A stretch of DNA of 63,692 nt, filler included, from Sphacelaria rigidula (Eukaryota), in the NCBI GenBank assembly GCA_964200075.2. It is 8 parts of 8 records of this genome, joined end to end, with 100 filler letters (N's around TTAATTAATTAA, not from the genome) between each part and the next. Parts side by side here need not be neighbours in the genome. Positions count along the whole stretch, not along the records: positions 23,923 to 31,796 come from CAXNAA020013146.1; positions 31,897 to 39,770 come from CAXNAA020013147.1; 6 more parts are not named here. One strand, given 5' to 3'. This document shows positions 23,923 through 37,145 of the stretch, piece by piece (position 1 is the stretch's first letter; each line of letters begins with the position of its first letter). The position numbers and the translations under genes are program-made. A model generated the notes under the pieces. It saw only the letters and a program-made list of their open reading frames with translations. It did not search any database and had not been told where the DNA came from.

Positions 23923-24515
23923 TTCTTTTTGGGGGGGGTTGGTTGTGTGGTGGGTGTTGGGTGGTTTGTTGGCGGCGGTCCCTGATTTTATGGAGGAGGG
24001 GGGGTACTTCCTGATCGCTGAATGTAGCAATAGTAGTTTCTGCACGGCACCGCACGTGTATTAATCTCACGTGAATTACATTTGATTACTTAGAGTTAGT
24101 ATAGGCGGTGGTGCAGCCATTTCCCGACATGGGGCCCCTCGGGTGGGGTGCTAGAGACAAGTAGAAGAGAAAAAGCTTTTGTTTTGGTCTTCCTTCTGTG
24201 TGACCACGGCTGATGCGCCCACATATATACACCGAAAGGTGCGGACTGGCGTCCAGAATAGATGGCATGACAGCACATAGAGAGGGGAAGGGACCTCTGA
24301 AGAACTCTTCTCACGAATATAAGGGAAGGCAAGTACCGCAGAAGGAACGCGGACTTCGCAAAACGAAATTGAAATACAATCATTCAAGATCCAGAAAAAT
24401 CTAAAGCTTTTTCTCCTGTCCTGCCAGTACGTGTCTCCCTGTCTTCAGAATACAAAAGAACGAAAATAAGAACAATACCCAGTAGTAGTGGTGGTCGGTC
24501 ACCTCGATGGCTTAA

Positions 24516-24614
24516 CCCTTAGACCGCGAGGGTAGTCTTATCTGGATAATGCGTACTTTTTTCAAGTGAAATTGATGCCGATTCAACAGATGACCTACTC
24601 TCGCTGTCTCAGGG
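24516..24614. mobile_element. 99-bp piggyBac-type MITE
   Basis: TTAA-CCCTTAGACCGCGAGGGTAG...CTACTCTCGCTGTCTCAGGG-TTAA. Related ends and interior occur at about 31427-31565. Confidence 0.8.
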
Positions 24615-25605
24615 TTAATTCGTACCCTCGAATCCTTCTGACGGTTGGGTCGTTGGCTCGAATCTCGATGAAGTCATACGAACTGGAATTTCTCTCACAC
24701 CATACTCAACAGTGAAGAGCGACTATGTCGTGGGTATCCGAAGTTCGACTGCATGGTCGACGAGGGAAAGAGACTACCGAGTCCCTCTCGCGATAAAAAA
24801 ATAAGGCAAGCATCAGGAGGCAGCGCGGAGAAAGTTTTCGGACACGTCCCCCCCGCCCTCTCCCCCGGAGGATATTTTTTCGAAAATTGTCATGATTTTT
24901 TTCGTCAACTTTGTCGCATCGCAAGAAATCGATCAATACACACTATTTTAATTTTTTCTGTTACTTTTGTCACAAGAAATTGATGAATACACACAGACCA
25001 AAACCGAAAACTCTGGTGGGCTCTGCGGAGTTTGTATATTTGCTTCTGCTCCTTTATATACATTGATATAAATATGTACCAGATACTTCTTGAAAGTATA
25101 ATATAAGGGAGCATACGTACTGTGCATGATTTATAATATAGTATATAAAATATAATAGGGTATAAATTAGGGAGCAGAAGTATACATCAAATATATTATG
25201 CATAACATAATAGTACGAAATACATAATACATAATTACATTATATTTTTTTTATACATTTTATAAGGATCTGTACTGTCGACAGCACCTGACCGTATCCG
25301 CCAACGCTTCGGAAAAAAACTAGGGCACACACGGCTAGGGGTCCCCCCCCCAAAAAACAAAACTCAAATTTTCGATCTCGGGGCCTACGTGTCCCGGATT
25401 CTGTTTTTCGCTGCCCCCTGCAAGCACCGCAGAAGGAAGGTGGAGTACTAAAACAAAGTATAGAATAATGAAACTCCCGCGTCGGTCTTCACCTTGCATG
25501 ACCCCCGCTGATGTCCCCACGCATCCACATATATATACCGAAATGAGGGGTAGACTGCAGGAGTCCAGGAAAATACAGTAGATGGGTTGACAACACACAA
25601 ACACA

Positions 25606-25641
<36 letters not shown>

Positions 25642-26085
25642 GCACTGCTTACCGACTGACAGATACCGTACGCGCCGATGCCTATCGCAAAAGGAATGTG
25701 GAGTACTGAAAACAAAATGAAGAACTCCGGGGTTGGCGTTCCTCCTGTGTGGCCCGGGCTGGCGCGCCCACACATGCCCCTACTCTAAGATAAACTGGCG
25801 TCAACCAACAGTGGATTCCGGCAAATGGGGTTGGAAGAATAAATGAGATTCCACTCAAAAGCCGTGCTTTCCCTAACCAAAATTCATGACAAATGACTTT
25901 TATATGGACGACTTCATCCCTCCCGACCTCCTTGAAACTATTTTGGGGGATTTCCAGCCTTCCGTTCCCCCAAACGCTATGCCCGAAAGCACACTTTCGC
26001 CTCAGTTTCGGGTTGAAAAAAGGACCCCTCTTGCCCCAAAAGTTATGCTTTCGCACATACCCTTTGGCGAAACGGAAGGCCAGAA

Positions 26086-26418
26086 TGTTAGAAAATGAGG
26101 CTGTGGAGCCATCCTCTTCAACGCTTCGTATGGTTATTGACTTTATATGTATGTAGTGTTGGGATCGCAGGTACCGGTCACGAAGATTTGGTCTGATGTG
26201 AGGGCATGATGTGGGATAGCAGTTGTGATACATGAATCACTCTCCTCGGTTGACCGTTCAACACGGTGGGTTGTTTCGACTGTCTTGCCCGCAAGAGGCG
26301 CCTTGAACATCATCTTCTGTCTACACTCCAAAGCAGCTTGTCTGCTTGCTTGGCTCAAGTGCCATTGCGCCAACTCTAGCGATCACGTCAAAGCGGTCAT
26401 CGCGACAATTTTCTAACA
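26086..26418 (+). mobile_element. Ty1/copia LTR (333 bp) followed by a PBS-like sequence; truncated element
   Basis: TGTTAGAAAAT...ATTTTCTAACA perfect 11-bp terminal IR; clearly homologous to the LTR at 53385-54416; followed by AGTTATATGAGCC; no flanking TSD. Confidence 0.85.
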
Positions 26419-27519
26419 AGTTATATGAGCCTCGTCGCTGGCGTTTACGGAGCGAACTTTGGAAGAAGGAAGACAGCAGCAAAAACGGAGGATCTTTGCT
26501 GGAAAACAACGTGAGTTGAGTCAACGTAAAGACGGCACTACATCTGTGTGCGTCTGGCACTGGCACTGTGACAGTGTGTCACGAAGTGAGGACGGCACTT
26601 TTTTGTGCGCACCTGGTAATATACGTGATTTTGAAAAAGCGGGACAATCGTAGAATACGGTACGATCGTAAGCCTGCAACAGCGACGGCACGCATCTATT
26701 CTCGTCTGGCGCTACAGCAAGAGACCACCACCGGAACCGAGCAGTGTGTGTGATCTATATTTGGAAGGTAAATCGACAACAGCGCGCCTGACATCACGGC
26801 TGATCTGGGGAAACAGTCAGTAGCACAGATGTTCAGTACTGCCCAAGTATCTATGGAGTCAGACGGCTTGCCGCATTGGTTCGGCGGTGCGGATATACCG
26901 TTTAGTGGCGAGCTGCGCGGCTCCACGAGGGTGCGAGCTGTAGCTGGACTCATGGCGCGAGGAGCGAGTGTTCGAGCGGAAACGCTGCTCTACGCTGTGC
27001 TCAGGGTTGTAGTTCGAGTGCTACTGTTTCTCAGGAGCGTGCTGGAGGACTATAAAGAAGGCATTACCTGAGGTGTTTGCTGCTATGGTGAGCGCCGAGT
27101 TGGGTACTGATGTTGAGGAGCAAGTGCTGAGATGATTGAGTGCTTGTTGAGAATGAGGAAACACATAATGACTGGTATTCGCGAATCATTTTGAGAATTG
27201 TTGCAGCTTGCTATCGTGTGGTTTGTGGTCATGCGTTCGCATGAAACATGGTTGTTGAGCGAGCATGATCGTATAGCGTGTGCAGGGTGACATTCTCGCA
27301 AACACGTGGATATTTGGCATGTGTGTGTTGTGCTGATGTGGTTGGTACGGGCGATGCATGGTGTTTGCTGCGAGGAAGGTCGTATGGCATGTGCTGGGTG
27401 AAATGCTGGCATGCATGTGTGGGATGTTCGCTACAGGATGGTACTAGTGCACATGGTATCCGGCAAAGATTTTTAGTGCGCATGGTATCTGGCAAAGAGT
27501 TTGAGTGCCCATGGTATCT

Positions 27520-30500
27520 GGCGAAGAGTCAGGGTGAGGCAGTTTTCAATATACTGCTGCATGCTGGATGAGGTGAACCTCGTACGTTCCCGCTCACGCA
27601 GACACGCGGCGGAGTTTTCTTTGTGCAGTTTGTGGGTACTGAAACTGTAGGAGATGGTGAATGCTGATGTTGGCGCTCGAATGCACGGTAACTACGAAAT
27701 GCGTACATTCGTATGTGTACAAGGAAAACGCGAGTGTTTCTTATGGCTAAAGATGAGTGATACTTTCGATGAAGAAACGTTTCATTTCCGTCTGGAAGGA
27801 TCATGTGGATGAAGTGTCCTTTTGTCCAAGGAAGCGGTGCAAGTGAGCTGCAAGTCTCTTGGGACATGAACTGCGTTTCACATCGCGGTTGATCGACCGA
27901 TGGGATATCGCGGTCCTGAATCCAAGCGGGAATGCTATACCTGGGTGCTTTCTGGGGTGTACTCGGTACAGACGAGTTCGAGAATGATATTACTACGGGT
28001 GATCAATGATGGCGGAGGTCGAGGTCCGTTTGCCCACATTGGATTGGTATACATGACTTGAAAAGCGGTTTGAGTCATGGATTTTTTTCCAGTATATTCA
28101 TGAGTTGAGTGGCGCACTAAAGGTTCAAAGCTTTCACGAAGAAGAGGTATGTAGGGTATATTACTTGGCTGTGGCACTCCGTTGAGCAGATGTTAAACGT
28201 ACGAAAGAGCATTTCGCATGGTAAAACGGTATCGAATGCGAGAGAAGAATTGTCACGATAGGTCCAGAGTTTGAAGCTCGTTGACGTTCAAGATTCCTTT
28301 GCCGGTTCGGAGTCAGGAGACTTGTTTGGGGCATAGATTTGAGAATTGGGCGTCATCTATCGCCCCGTGTCTCGGAGAGATGTAAGCAGCGTGATTGCGT
28401 GTTTGTGATGGACGTTTTCGATCTCTTGCGAGTTGTTCGGAAATTGGAAAAGCTTGTATGGCTGTTATCGTATACTGCGGTAGGGATTGCCACTCTAGGT
28501 GAAACTTGTCGGTCGACATCGGCAATAATGACGTCTGAATACTTGTTGGTAGTAAGCGAGCTTTAGGGGTGCTGTAGACTCTGGACAACATTGGTATCGT
28601 GGTTAGATACATGACCGCAGTCGAGAAAACGCATAGCAAGCGTTTTTAGGCTGCTTGATGGATAACGGGTCTGAGAGTATGATCGGTGGACCCCGTGATG
28701 TATGATGTTTGCACACGAGGTGCGCCGGTCACTTCTGATTCATCGGACATGCTGCTCGTATAACTGCTTGAGTTTTGAAGTCCCTGGAGCCCGTGATGGG
28801 GAGGAAGACTCTGGAGTAGCACTGTAATCTTGTTCTGATTCTAGACAAGTCTAGATATTGTTCTGGTTGGCACGCATGATACATGGTAGTTTCTGCAAAG
28901 AAGCTCCTGAGTGAAATATTAGCATGTATGTATGACTGATGTGTATGGTGTTTGATGAAGAGTCAAAGTGAGGCAGTTTTCAATACATTGTTGTGTGCTG
29001 AATGAAATCAAGCTCGTGTATTCTTGTCCGCGCAGAAAAGTGGAATCATCTTTGTGCGGCTTGCGCATGCTGACTCTAGGAGATGGTGATTGATACTGTT
29101 GGCGTGAAAATTGAGCGAAAACTACTCGTAGGCTTGTATATGACCAGGTATAGCGCGAGTAATTCCAGAGGTACAGATGGTAGAAATTATGCGCGAATAC
29201 ATTGGCTTTGACTGTGGCACGTCTTTTGGTGGCTTGTTATCTGCTTGGATAAGCACATAGATGGTGTTTCGCATCTGAAAAAGGGGAATGTGGATGGTGT
29301 GCCTATTTGTTTGGAAGGACCACAAATTTGTTCTGACATTCGTTAGTTGGGACTGAGTCAAAAGGTGCGGGAACGTTTGTAGGCAAAGTGCGGTATCAAG
29401 CTTCGAGTGCGTGATAAGATCGAATGCTTCGGTCGAAATGGCATTTTCCTTGGCGCGTTTGCTTTGTGTGAGTATGCCACGACTGGAAATTGTCGTCGAC
29501 TGAATTATTGACTTCACTGAATTCTTTCGAGACGCTGTGTTCAAGTGTCGTTGTTCAGCGTTTTGCAAATTATCATTTTCCTTGTGGAACAGGACATTGC
29601 ATGGTGGTGTGTCACTAAGAGGCGGACAAAGGTAGCGTGAACGTGATTGTCGGTGTCTACTGTTTGTCAAACTCGCTTTCTACTCCGAGTAGTGCGGAGT
29701 TTTGTGGATGCTGTAGAGTAGTCCACCTCTAGTATACGTGCAAATGCACGAGGAGCTGCAGGTTGATCCATGGAGGTTTGGACATGAGGTTTGCATCATG
29801 ATATTAGGTCATGAGATATCCTCTGGAGTATAACTATGACTGCTTGACAGTATATGTGGTCCAAGGAGGTGCAGCATGTCACTTCCGATAAAAAAGACTG
29901 TGTGTTTGTGAACAACATCCGTCTTAAAGCCTGTAAGCTCTAGTGAGGGAGGAAGCCCATGGAGCAGTCTTGTGACCTGCTTCTGAGTCCAGGAGGGGCC
30001 TATAAAGCACCGAAATAGCAACTCTGCCCGTACACCAAGACGAGCTTTGTCACCACACTTTGGCGACCACAACACCTCTGCAGTTCTCACCACGTGTTGA
30101 AGTCCTTCGTAGACTACATCCCTGATGCCATCTTTCCAACGGCCTCCTGTCACCGCAGTCGCCTGGATGTGCGTGTCCCACGCCTTTCTCTCCGCCGCTT
30201 CCTGCTCCCTCTGCTATCCAACGCGAGCGTTCCCCGTTTGTACAGATTGTAGGGCGCGGTACAGCTTCAAAGCCTAATCAGACTTGTCTGAAATCAAAAC
30301 AAGATCACAGTCCTGCTCCAGAGGCTTTCTCCCCGTCACGATCTCCAGGGACTTCAAGACTCAAGCAGTTGTACAAACAGCGGTCTTCGTTAACCAGAAG
30401 AGACCCTTGTTTGCTCTCCTCGCAGACACAATACGCTACGCATTCAATAACCATTCTTCGACCCATTGTCACAAGATCCAAACTGGTATCCGTATGCTAC

Positions 30501-31796
30501 TGTACTCCTCATGCTAGAGGTGCTACCGTAAACATAATATGCTACGCATTCAATAACCATCCTTCGACCCATTGTCACAAGATCCAAACTGGTATCCATC
30601 TGCTACTGTACTCCTCATGCTAGAGGTGCTGCTGTACTTTCTCTACAAGTCCTGGATTACGAGTTTGAGATAGCTCAATGGACATCCCGAAATGATATCG
30701 AGGATTCTCCAAATGAATCTTTGAGAAAGATCCTTCCCGGGTTATGACCTGAAAGCGAACCAAGAACGGTAAAAAACAGCTTCCATTTGACAGTTTCACC
30801 AACTATTGGTGTGATGCACGTCACGTTTTTGGATCCTCATGGTTGGGAGTTGGAAAAGAACCAAAAAATTGATGTTCCGGAAATTTCAGCTGAATCTTTG
30901 ATAAAGATCCAACCTGGTTAGTGAAAAATCCTGTCATTTAGCTCGAAGCAATTATCCACAAGGGGATTTTTAGTCACTGTTTGTTGAGGCCTACGCTCAC
31001 CTTTATCAGAGCATGCAAATTTATTTGAACCTCCGCTCCCCAGACCCAGTATCGCAGCTGAAGTCACGACATACCGTCTCTACACCCAAGGCTCCGGTGC
31101 GTCGGTGACATGGGGGACGAGAATGAGAATATTTCTCGTGCCTCACACAACGAGGAATCATGTTGAGAAAAGCACTGCTGCTTGTGTACACACACACGCA
31201 GTTGTCCAAGGTAACAAAGGGCATATTTTATACTCGAAGAGACCACATCACGGTGACTGAATTATACTCTTCTCTTCGCCTGTTGTGTGGATTAGATTGG
31301 CACCGCCATGTTCGCCGTATCGCCTCCACAGTCTCCGTCCGCTACGACTTGAGCTTGTACCTCTGGAATACGCACAAGCGTCACTCACCCCAGCGTCGGT
31401 CATATTTAGTATCGGTATATTCTCAACCCTTAGACCGCGATGCGGGTAGTACATCTGAATCGCACATACGTTTTGACGCTAGTTAACTCTTTGACCGCGA
31501 GGGTATAGGTCACCTGCTGAATCGGCATCAATTTCACTTGAAAAAGTATGTGTCTTCCAGATGAGTTCTCCAGCCCTGTAGACTCTAGCCATCATTGTTA
31601 CCTAGGGTTAGGGGCATTTCTAGGTGGAGTTGCGGGTCTGATTGCCGGACGCTGTGATGGTGACCTCCATGACGAGTAGGCCCGGTTTTGCTAGTCCGGT
31701 GGAGAGAGGCTATGGTCCTGTTCTCCTGTACTGTGCTGAGGGTTAATACATAAATAACTAAAGCTGCTGAAGTCCATGTGCCCGTGATGGGAGGAG
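27520..31796. pseudogene. Degenerate, internally repeated coding-like sequence of unknown (probably TE) origin
   Basis: 27530-27870 resembles 28965-29360; 28750-28860 resembles 29915-29990 and is the reverse complement of 30278-30385; many stops and frameshifts. Confidence 0.45.
30435..30629. repeat. 106-bp tandem duplication
   Basis: GCTACGCATTCAATAACCAT...CTCATGCTAGAGGTGCT at 30435 and 30541. Confidence 0.9.
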
Positions 31797-31896
31797 NNNN
31801 NNNNNNNNNNNNNNNNNNNNNNNNNNNNNNNNNNNNNNNNTTAATTAATTAANNNNNNNNNNNNNNNNNNNNNNNNNNNNNNNNNNNNNNNNNNNN
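31797..31896. other. Artificial contig spacer
   Basis: N/TTAATTAATTAA/N, 100 bp. Confidence 0.98.
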
Positions 31897-32692
31897 TGCA
31901 AGACAGATATGCCACTTCAGCCCCATATTTTGTTTGAACCCCAAAATATAAAATCGGCTGTTAAATGCCACTTCAACCCCATTTTAGAGATCAACCCCGA
32001 AATATAATATCGGCTGTTGGATGATGACGATTTTTGGTGTGGACCTTCCCTGGAGCACGGGGAGACGATAGATACCCTCACTTTCACCTAGCTCGTAATC
32101 TATCTCGAGAAATGGCGCACATAAGGTTTCATACTAAAATCAGTATATTACGAGGAGAGGCACTAGATGACTTAAATCTGGATATCGCGTCTTAGTTTTT
32201 GAGAGTTGTGCTATGAAATTTGGTATGGAGAACCGCTAGTGCATAAGGAAATAAAGAAAACAGCTTGTTCGTTTTTTTTTCGTTTTTTCTCATATTTTTT
32301 CGTGTTTTTAGGGGGGTCATGAGGAGAAATGAACATATCTCAGTTTTTCAGCTCAATTTTTAGAATTGTGATTTGAAACTTGGCATGGTGAACGACAGAG
32401 GTATGCTGAGTAAAAAACATGGGCCTTCATTTTTTTTTCTTTCATGAGAGGTTCGGGCGTTCTCGTGAAGAAATCATCGTTACCATACTAAAACGCCCTC
32501 AATCAGTGAAAAACAAAAAAACTCACCCATTTTTCTTGGTTCATCACGACCTAGCGAGGTCCCGCACAAAGTTTCAACCCACAAACACCAAACGTGGGCC
32601 GATAAACGGCCTGCAGAATACTTTTCCGAATTTCCGCCGCCTCGGTTTTTCGAATGTAAGTTCGCAATTTTTTTCTTGGAGTTGGAAAGTGA

Positions 32693-32880
32693 AATTTGGT
32701 GTGGACAATTAGCAGGGCATGAAGTAAAGCTGTCTGTGAGGTTCCGGCCGGCGATTTTTTTTTCTCGTGAAGTCAGTTGTGAGGTTTTAGTAAAATGCCC
32801 CTAGCTCGCAAAAAAAGTAAATCGTTGGGACCTCACAGACAGCTTTCCTTCATGCCCTGTTGATTGTCCGTACCAAATAT
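32693..32880. repeat. ~50-bp inverted repeat pair
   Basis: TTTGGTGTGGACAATTAGCAGGGCATGAAGTAAAGCTGTCTGTGAGGT vs ACCTCACAGACAGCTTTCCTTCATGCCCTGTTGATTGTCCGTACCAAA. Confidence 0.85.
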
Positions 32881-32898
32881 CACTTTCTAAGGCTAATT

Positions 32899-33341
32899 AT
32901 GTATCGAAAAATAAAAGTTGTTGAAAAGTGCATTTTATTACCCTTCTTCATCGTTTTTCGCCCGAAAAGAGAGCCAGGGGGATGTTGACACCTTGGAATG
33001 ATTTGCTGTGCTCGTCGAGACCATTCCAGAGCACCTTTGCGTTTCCCGCAAGTCACAGTTTTGTTTTTGACCAAACTTGCATTTTCAATAACAGACGGTC
33101 AAGTTATCAGAGAACAGAGGAAAACTGCCATTTCTTTTCATAAGTTGACCGTCTGTTATTGAAAATGCAAGTTTGGTCAAAACCAAAATCGTGACCTACG
33201 GAAAAGGCAAAGACGCTCTGGAACGGTCTCAACGAGCACAGCAAGTTATTCCAAGGTGTCAACAACATCCCCCTGGCCCTTTTCGGGCGAAAAAGAAGGG
33301 TAAAAAAATGCACGCTTCAATAAGATTCATTTTTCGATACA
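32899..33341. repeat. Long palindrome/foldback (~210-bp arms, ~30-bp loop)
   Basis: Inner arms TTTGACCAAACTTGCATTTTCAATAACAGACGGTCAA and TTGACCGTCTGTTATTGAAAATGCAAGTTTGGTCAAA are perfect complements; outer arms are diverged. Confidence 0.9.
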
Positions 33342-35690
33342 CCAGAAGTAGTAGCCTAACTCCAAGAAAAAAATTGCGAATTCGCGTGCAAAGTACAAAT
33401 CCGCTTGTAGGCTGGCCCAGCCTGTATTGGTTTTGGTATGACATCGGTTCATAGGAGTTTGTATGGCGTTTGAGGGGAGGTGGCGGGGATGATGGTCTAT
33501 CGTTTCCCCCCTTCGAGAGGTCCAGCGTAAAAAAAAGTGGTCGATGTAGGATTTTTTCTTCGTGCACCGTTCATTCTAGACCTTGATCTTTCACACACAC
33601 ACACACCTTGCCATGTTACCGCACATCGACAGGGTACAGTCACAATGCGTTGTATGAGCATTAGATAGTGGAGCAGCGGCACGCGCCATGAGGGAAAAAA
33701 TAACAGCTGCTGCTCTGGGCATGGCATCTCTGGAAGCGCAGGATTGAACCATCGACTAACGAACCTGTAGCGATAACACGGTAATAATGTAAGCATCACA
33801 CATGCATGTCACGACACTTGTCCGGTGGTAAACTCAGTTTCATGTGGTCGATAGAGCCTTCTCTGCTCGGCACGTTTGACGTAACCCACGCTCTGCATTG
33901 TGAATCTTAATGAGAAAAGAACGACATACAAATATGGGCATCTCTCTCGGTTGGTTGCAGCTGCGCTTCTTGAAGCGTAACCCAAGCTATCTCACACAAG
34001 AACTTTTTTGGTCAGCGCTCGACAGCGTGAGCCACCATGTTGTAGTCCCCGTACTTCAAGCTTTGTTGAAAGCAATGACCGACCTGTGGCGCAAAAAAAG
34101 AAGAAACCCGAAAAAAAAGTGGACGTTCTCATCGCAATTGTGGGTGCTGACTTCGAAACAACATGACAAAAACTTGGCGATCTTGCTGAAAACGACGAAA
34201 AATCAACCAAAAGCACGAAATAAATAAGACACCCCCTGCGCAACAAGGGCTCAATCGGCGTTTCAGTAGCAACAAAAAATGGATGCATTGAACAACGCCA
34301 CGCTAACCTAACAACCGAGTTCCTAGCAAGAAAAAAGGAACCCATCTCGTGACGATGCCTGTACCCTTTCCATGCGCAGTATATGTCGAGCGCGCCAGCA
34401 CCCTTTTCTTCTCCTAGGCATGTGAGAAATATTCCTTGATTCCCAGAGCATTCGTAGATGGTGAGTCATATGTTGCATGAAAAAAACTCCTCCACGTCGA
34501 CACCCTTCCAAATGTTACTGCACCAACAACATCGATACGCGGCTGCTGCCTTTTGCGTGTCCCTCAGTGCGACTGCCCGCTGACATCGACCCATGTGACT
34601 CAACTTGAAAAACTGGGGCTTGATGGGTGGCAACGAACCGAGACGGGCGCGCAGATAGGTGACACACTAGAGTACAGCGCACGACGCACACACATACGAC
34701 ACACACCTCGGAACCTCAATTTACAAGTGACAAAACATCAAAAACATTCAAGGTTGATTCACCCCGCACATCGCCCCCTCCACCACTTCTCCTGATCAAG
34801 TACGTACTAGCGGTGCCGAAACGGATATACTACTCACACGCGCGACATCCTGTGGAGTAATGGGATTTCGACATGACCCTCGACTCTCTGTGTGTATGCA
34901 AACCCCACTGTCAACCATGTCTCAACGCATGAACTCGACCGCACATCGCAAGCGCAATTTGCGCGGCTGTAACAGGACGCCGAAGGAACACACCCAGACG
35001 CACATGCACACGCACACGTTACACACCACACATATGCGCGCGCACACACACGCACACAGAGAGAGACGGGAAAACTACAAGACATTCACTTCAGATGTCT
35101 GTAAAAGTTTCGCCTCTTGGAACATAGTTGACTATCAGTGCGAGACGAGAAAAAAAGCACACATATCGAAATCGACAACAACGAGCAAGAGGAGAGGAGA
35201 AAAATCAACCTGTGTACACATTTATCCCATCTCCATGCCTCCCTCCTCTCTCTGGTGTCACTCTGTCGACACGACTTTGAAAAGCGTAGAAGCAACGGAC
35301 CACGAAACCTTCACAAGCGTTCCACGAAAGTAGACAGATGATTCATCAGAGGATTCATGTGTACATACTTGGTATACGTATATACTACCTTAAATATAAG
35401 GGGTAAATTACCGTACCACAAGTGTCTCTCACGCATAGCCTCTTCAAAACATCAAGATATATATATATATATATATGTATGTATATTCGCGAGAAGTGTC
35501 TCATCATTTTTGAAGACCCACCGAGAACGGAAACCACTTACTAGGAAAACTCGTCGGTCGGCTCTCTCGGCCCTCGATCACCCTCAATACATCACTTACT
35601 ATTCTACCCTACTACACAACTGGGATGGAAAAAGAACAACAGCGGGGGTACCTTGTTTCCCCATCTTTGAAACCAACCCTGCTGTCGCAT

Positions 35691-35721
<31 letters not shown>

Positions 35722-36231
35722 CAACAACAACAACAAAAGAGCAGAAGACGATCTCGAACAAAACGATGGAGTACAGGGGCATGATTCTACTCGCGTGTTA
35801 CACACAAAATATCACTCGTCGGCGTGGAATCTTCTGCAGGTTCCCACATCGGCGCCCGTTCACACCGTCACAACCATCCCCCTCCCCTCTTTCCCCTCCC
35901 GCTCTCCTAGACTTCGAAAACAAGGTCACGGCTTTCCGGGTGCCATCCTCTTCTGTCCTTCTAACTTACCACCAACTTCGAAACATACGCCGTTAAAAAG
36001 AATCTTACCCCGATTTTCTCATGCCAAATCAAGGAGAGGGGGCGGGGGCGATACCTATACATGGTAATATATACACACAGCACAAGCGTTTGACCCACCA
36101 CACCATCCTCATTTTGCCATCTTCGGGCTTCTGATAATGCTTTCCCTCGCGTTTCTTTAAAAACGTTTTTTTCTCGCCCTCCTGCAATGAGCAGAAATAT
36201 GAATCGATGATTCGATCCAGCCATCAATCAA

Positions 36232-36442
36232 TCATGTGGTGTACGTCTTCACAATCCTTCCGATCGCTTCATGGCAGACCGGACAGGTCTCCGCTCGTTC
36301 GGCGCAGCCCATGCACAGCACGCGGTGGCGACAGTTCACCAAGAGGGCGTTCATCTCCTCCGTATTGCACAGGAGGCACAGGTTCCGGGAGTGTAGGCGA
36401 GCCATAGCCTCTTGCTCTCGCCTCAGCATCGTCTCCAGGCAC
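36232..36442 (-). CDS. Terminal exon encoding a C3HC4 RING finger (zf-C3HC4_3 type E3 ligase)
   Basis: CLLC...NCRHRVLCMGC...TCPVC...IVKTYTT* preceded by a coiled-coil-like stretch; CAG acceptor at 36443 (alternative 36450). Confidence 0.88.
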
Positions 36443-36579
36443 CTGATCTCTGTCCGTCCGAAACTGTCAATGGACGCCACGCACATGCACATGCACACGA
36501 GTATAGTAGTCCGCATCACAAGTTTTCAGAATCCGTAGTTGTAGTTTTCGAGTTTTTCTCGAGTACTATCCTTCATTAA

Positions 36580-37145
36580 TACTCGAAAGTGCTTGCGCCG
36601 GTAGAGTTAGGGGAAACCGTAGGTCGCGCTTAAACTGCAGTGCCCAAGTTGGTGTTTTTGGGCAATCCGGATTAGATACCCCGTTTATTAGAAGGGTGTT
36701 ATTGACCGTTTTTGGTCCATTAAAAGTAGTTTTCCGGCTCTTCCGCAACGAAACGGTAAATATTCAGATAGATGAATACGTATAAAATTCTTCACAACAA
36801 CGATCGAGATCGTGTTCACCTCCTATACTGCACAGACCTCAGTCTAGCATTTTCTGCGGATGGCCTCTTTCCAGGTTTTTTCGCATAACATTTTCCATGA
36901 GCACTCGAAAGTGCTAGCGTCAATAGTTTTGGAAAAATAAGCAGACCGTGGTCAAATCACAATTCCCAAGTTGGCGTTGTGGGGGCGATACGTAGTAAAG
37001 ACTCCGTTTATCAGGAGGGTGTTATTGACCGTAAATGGTCCAAGTAACATGAATTTCCGGCCCTATGGGCAGTGAATGGGTGGAATTTCAAAAAAGCAAT
37101 CATTCTTGAGTCTTTACTTGTATGATCGAGATCGAGTTGGCCCAC
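36580..37145. repeat. Diverged tandem duplication, period about 322 bp
   Basis: ACTCGAAAGTGCT...CCCAAGTTGG...GGGTGTTATTGACCGT...GATCGAGATCG occurs twice. Confidence 0.75.

Noticed and set aside
27935-28177. IPYIP-containing ORF suggestive of a Penelope-like RT/GIY-YIG linker
   Set aside because: No RT catalytic or GIY-YIG motifs were found nearby; a single short motif is insufficient.
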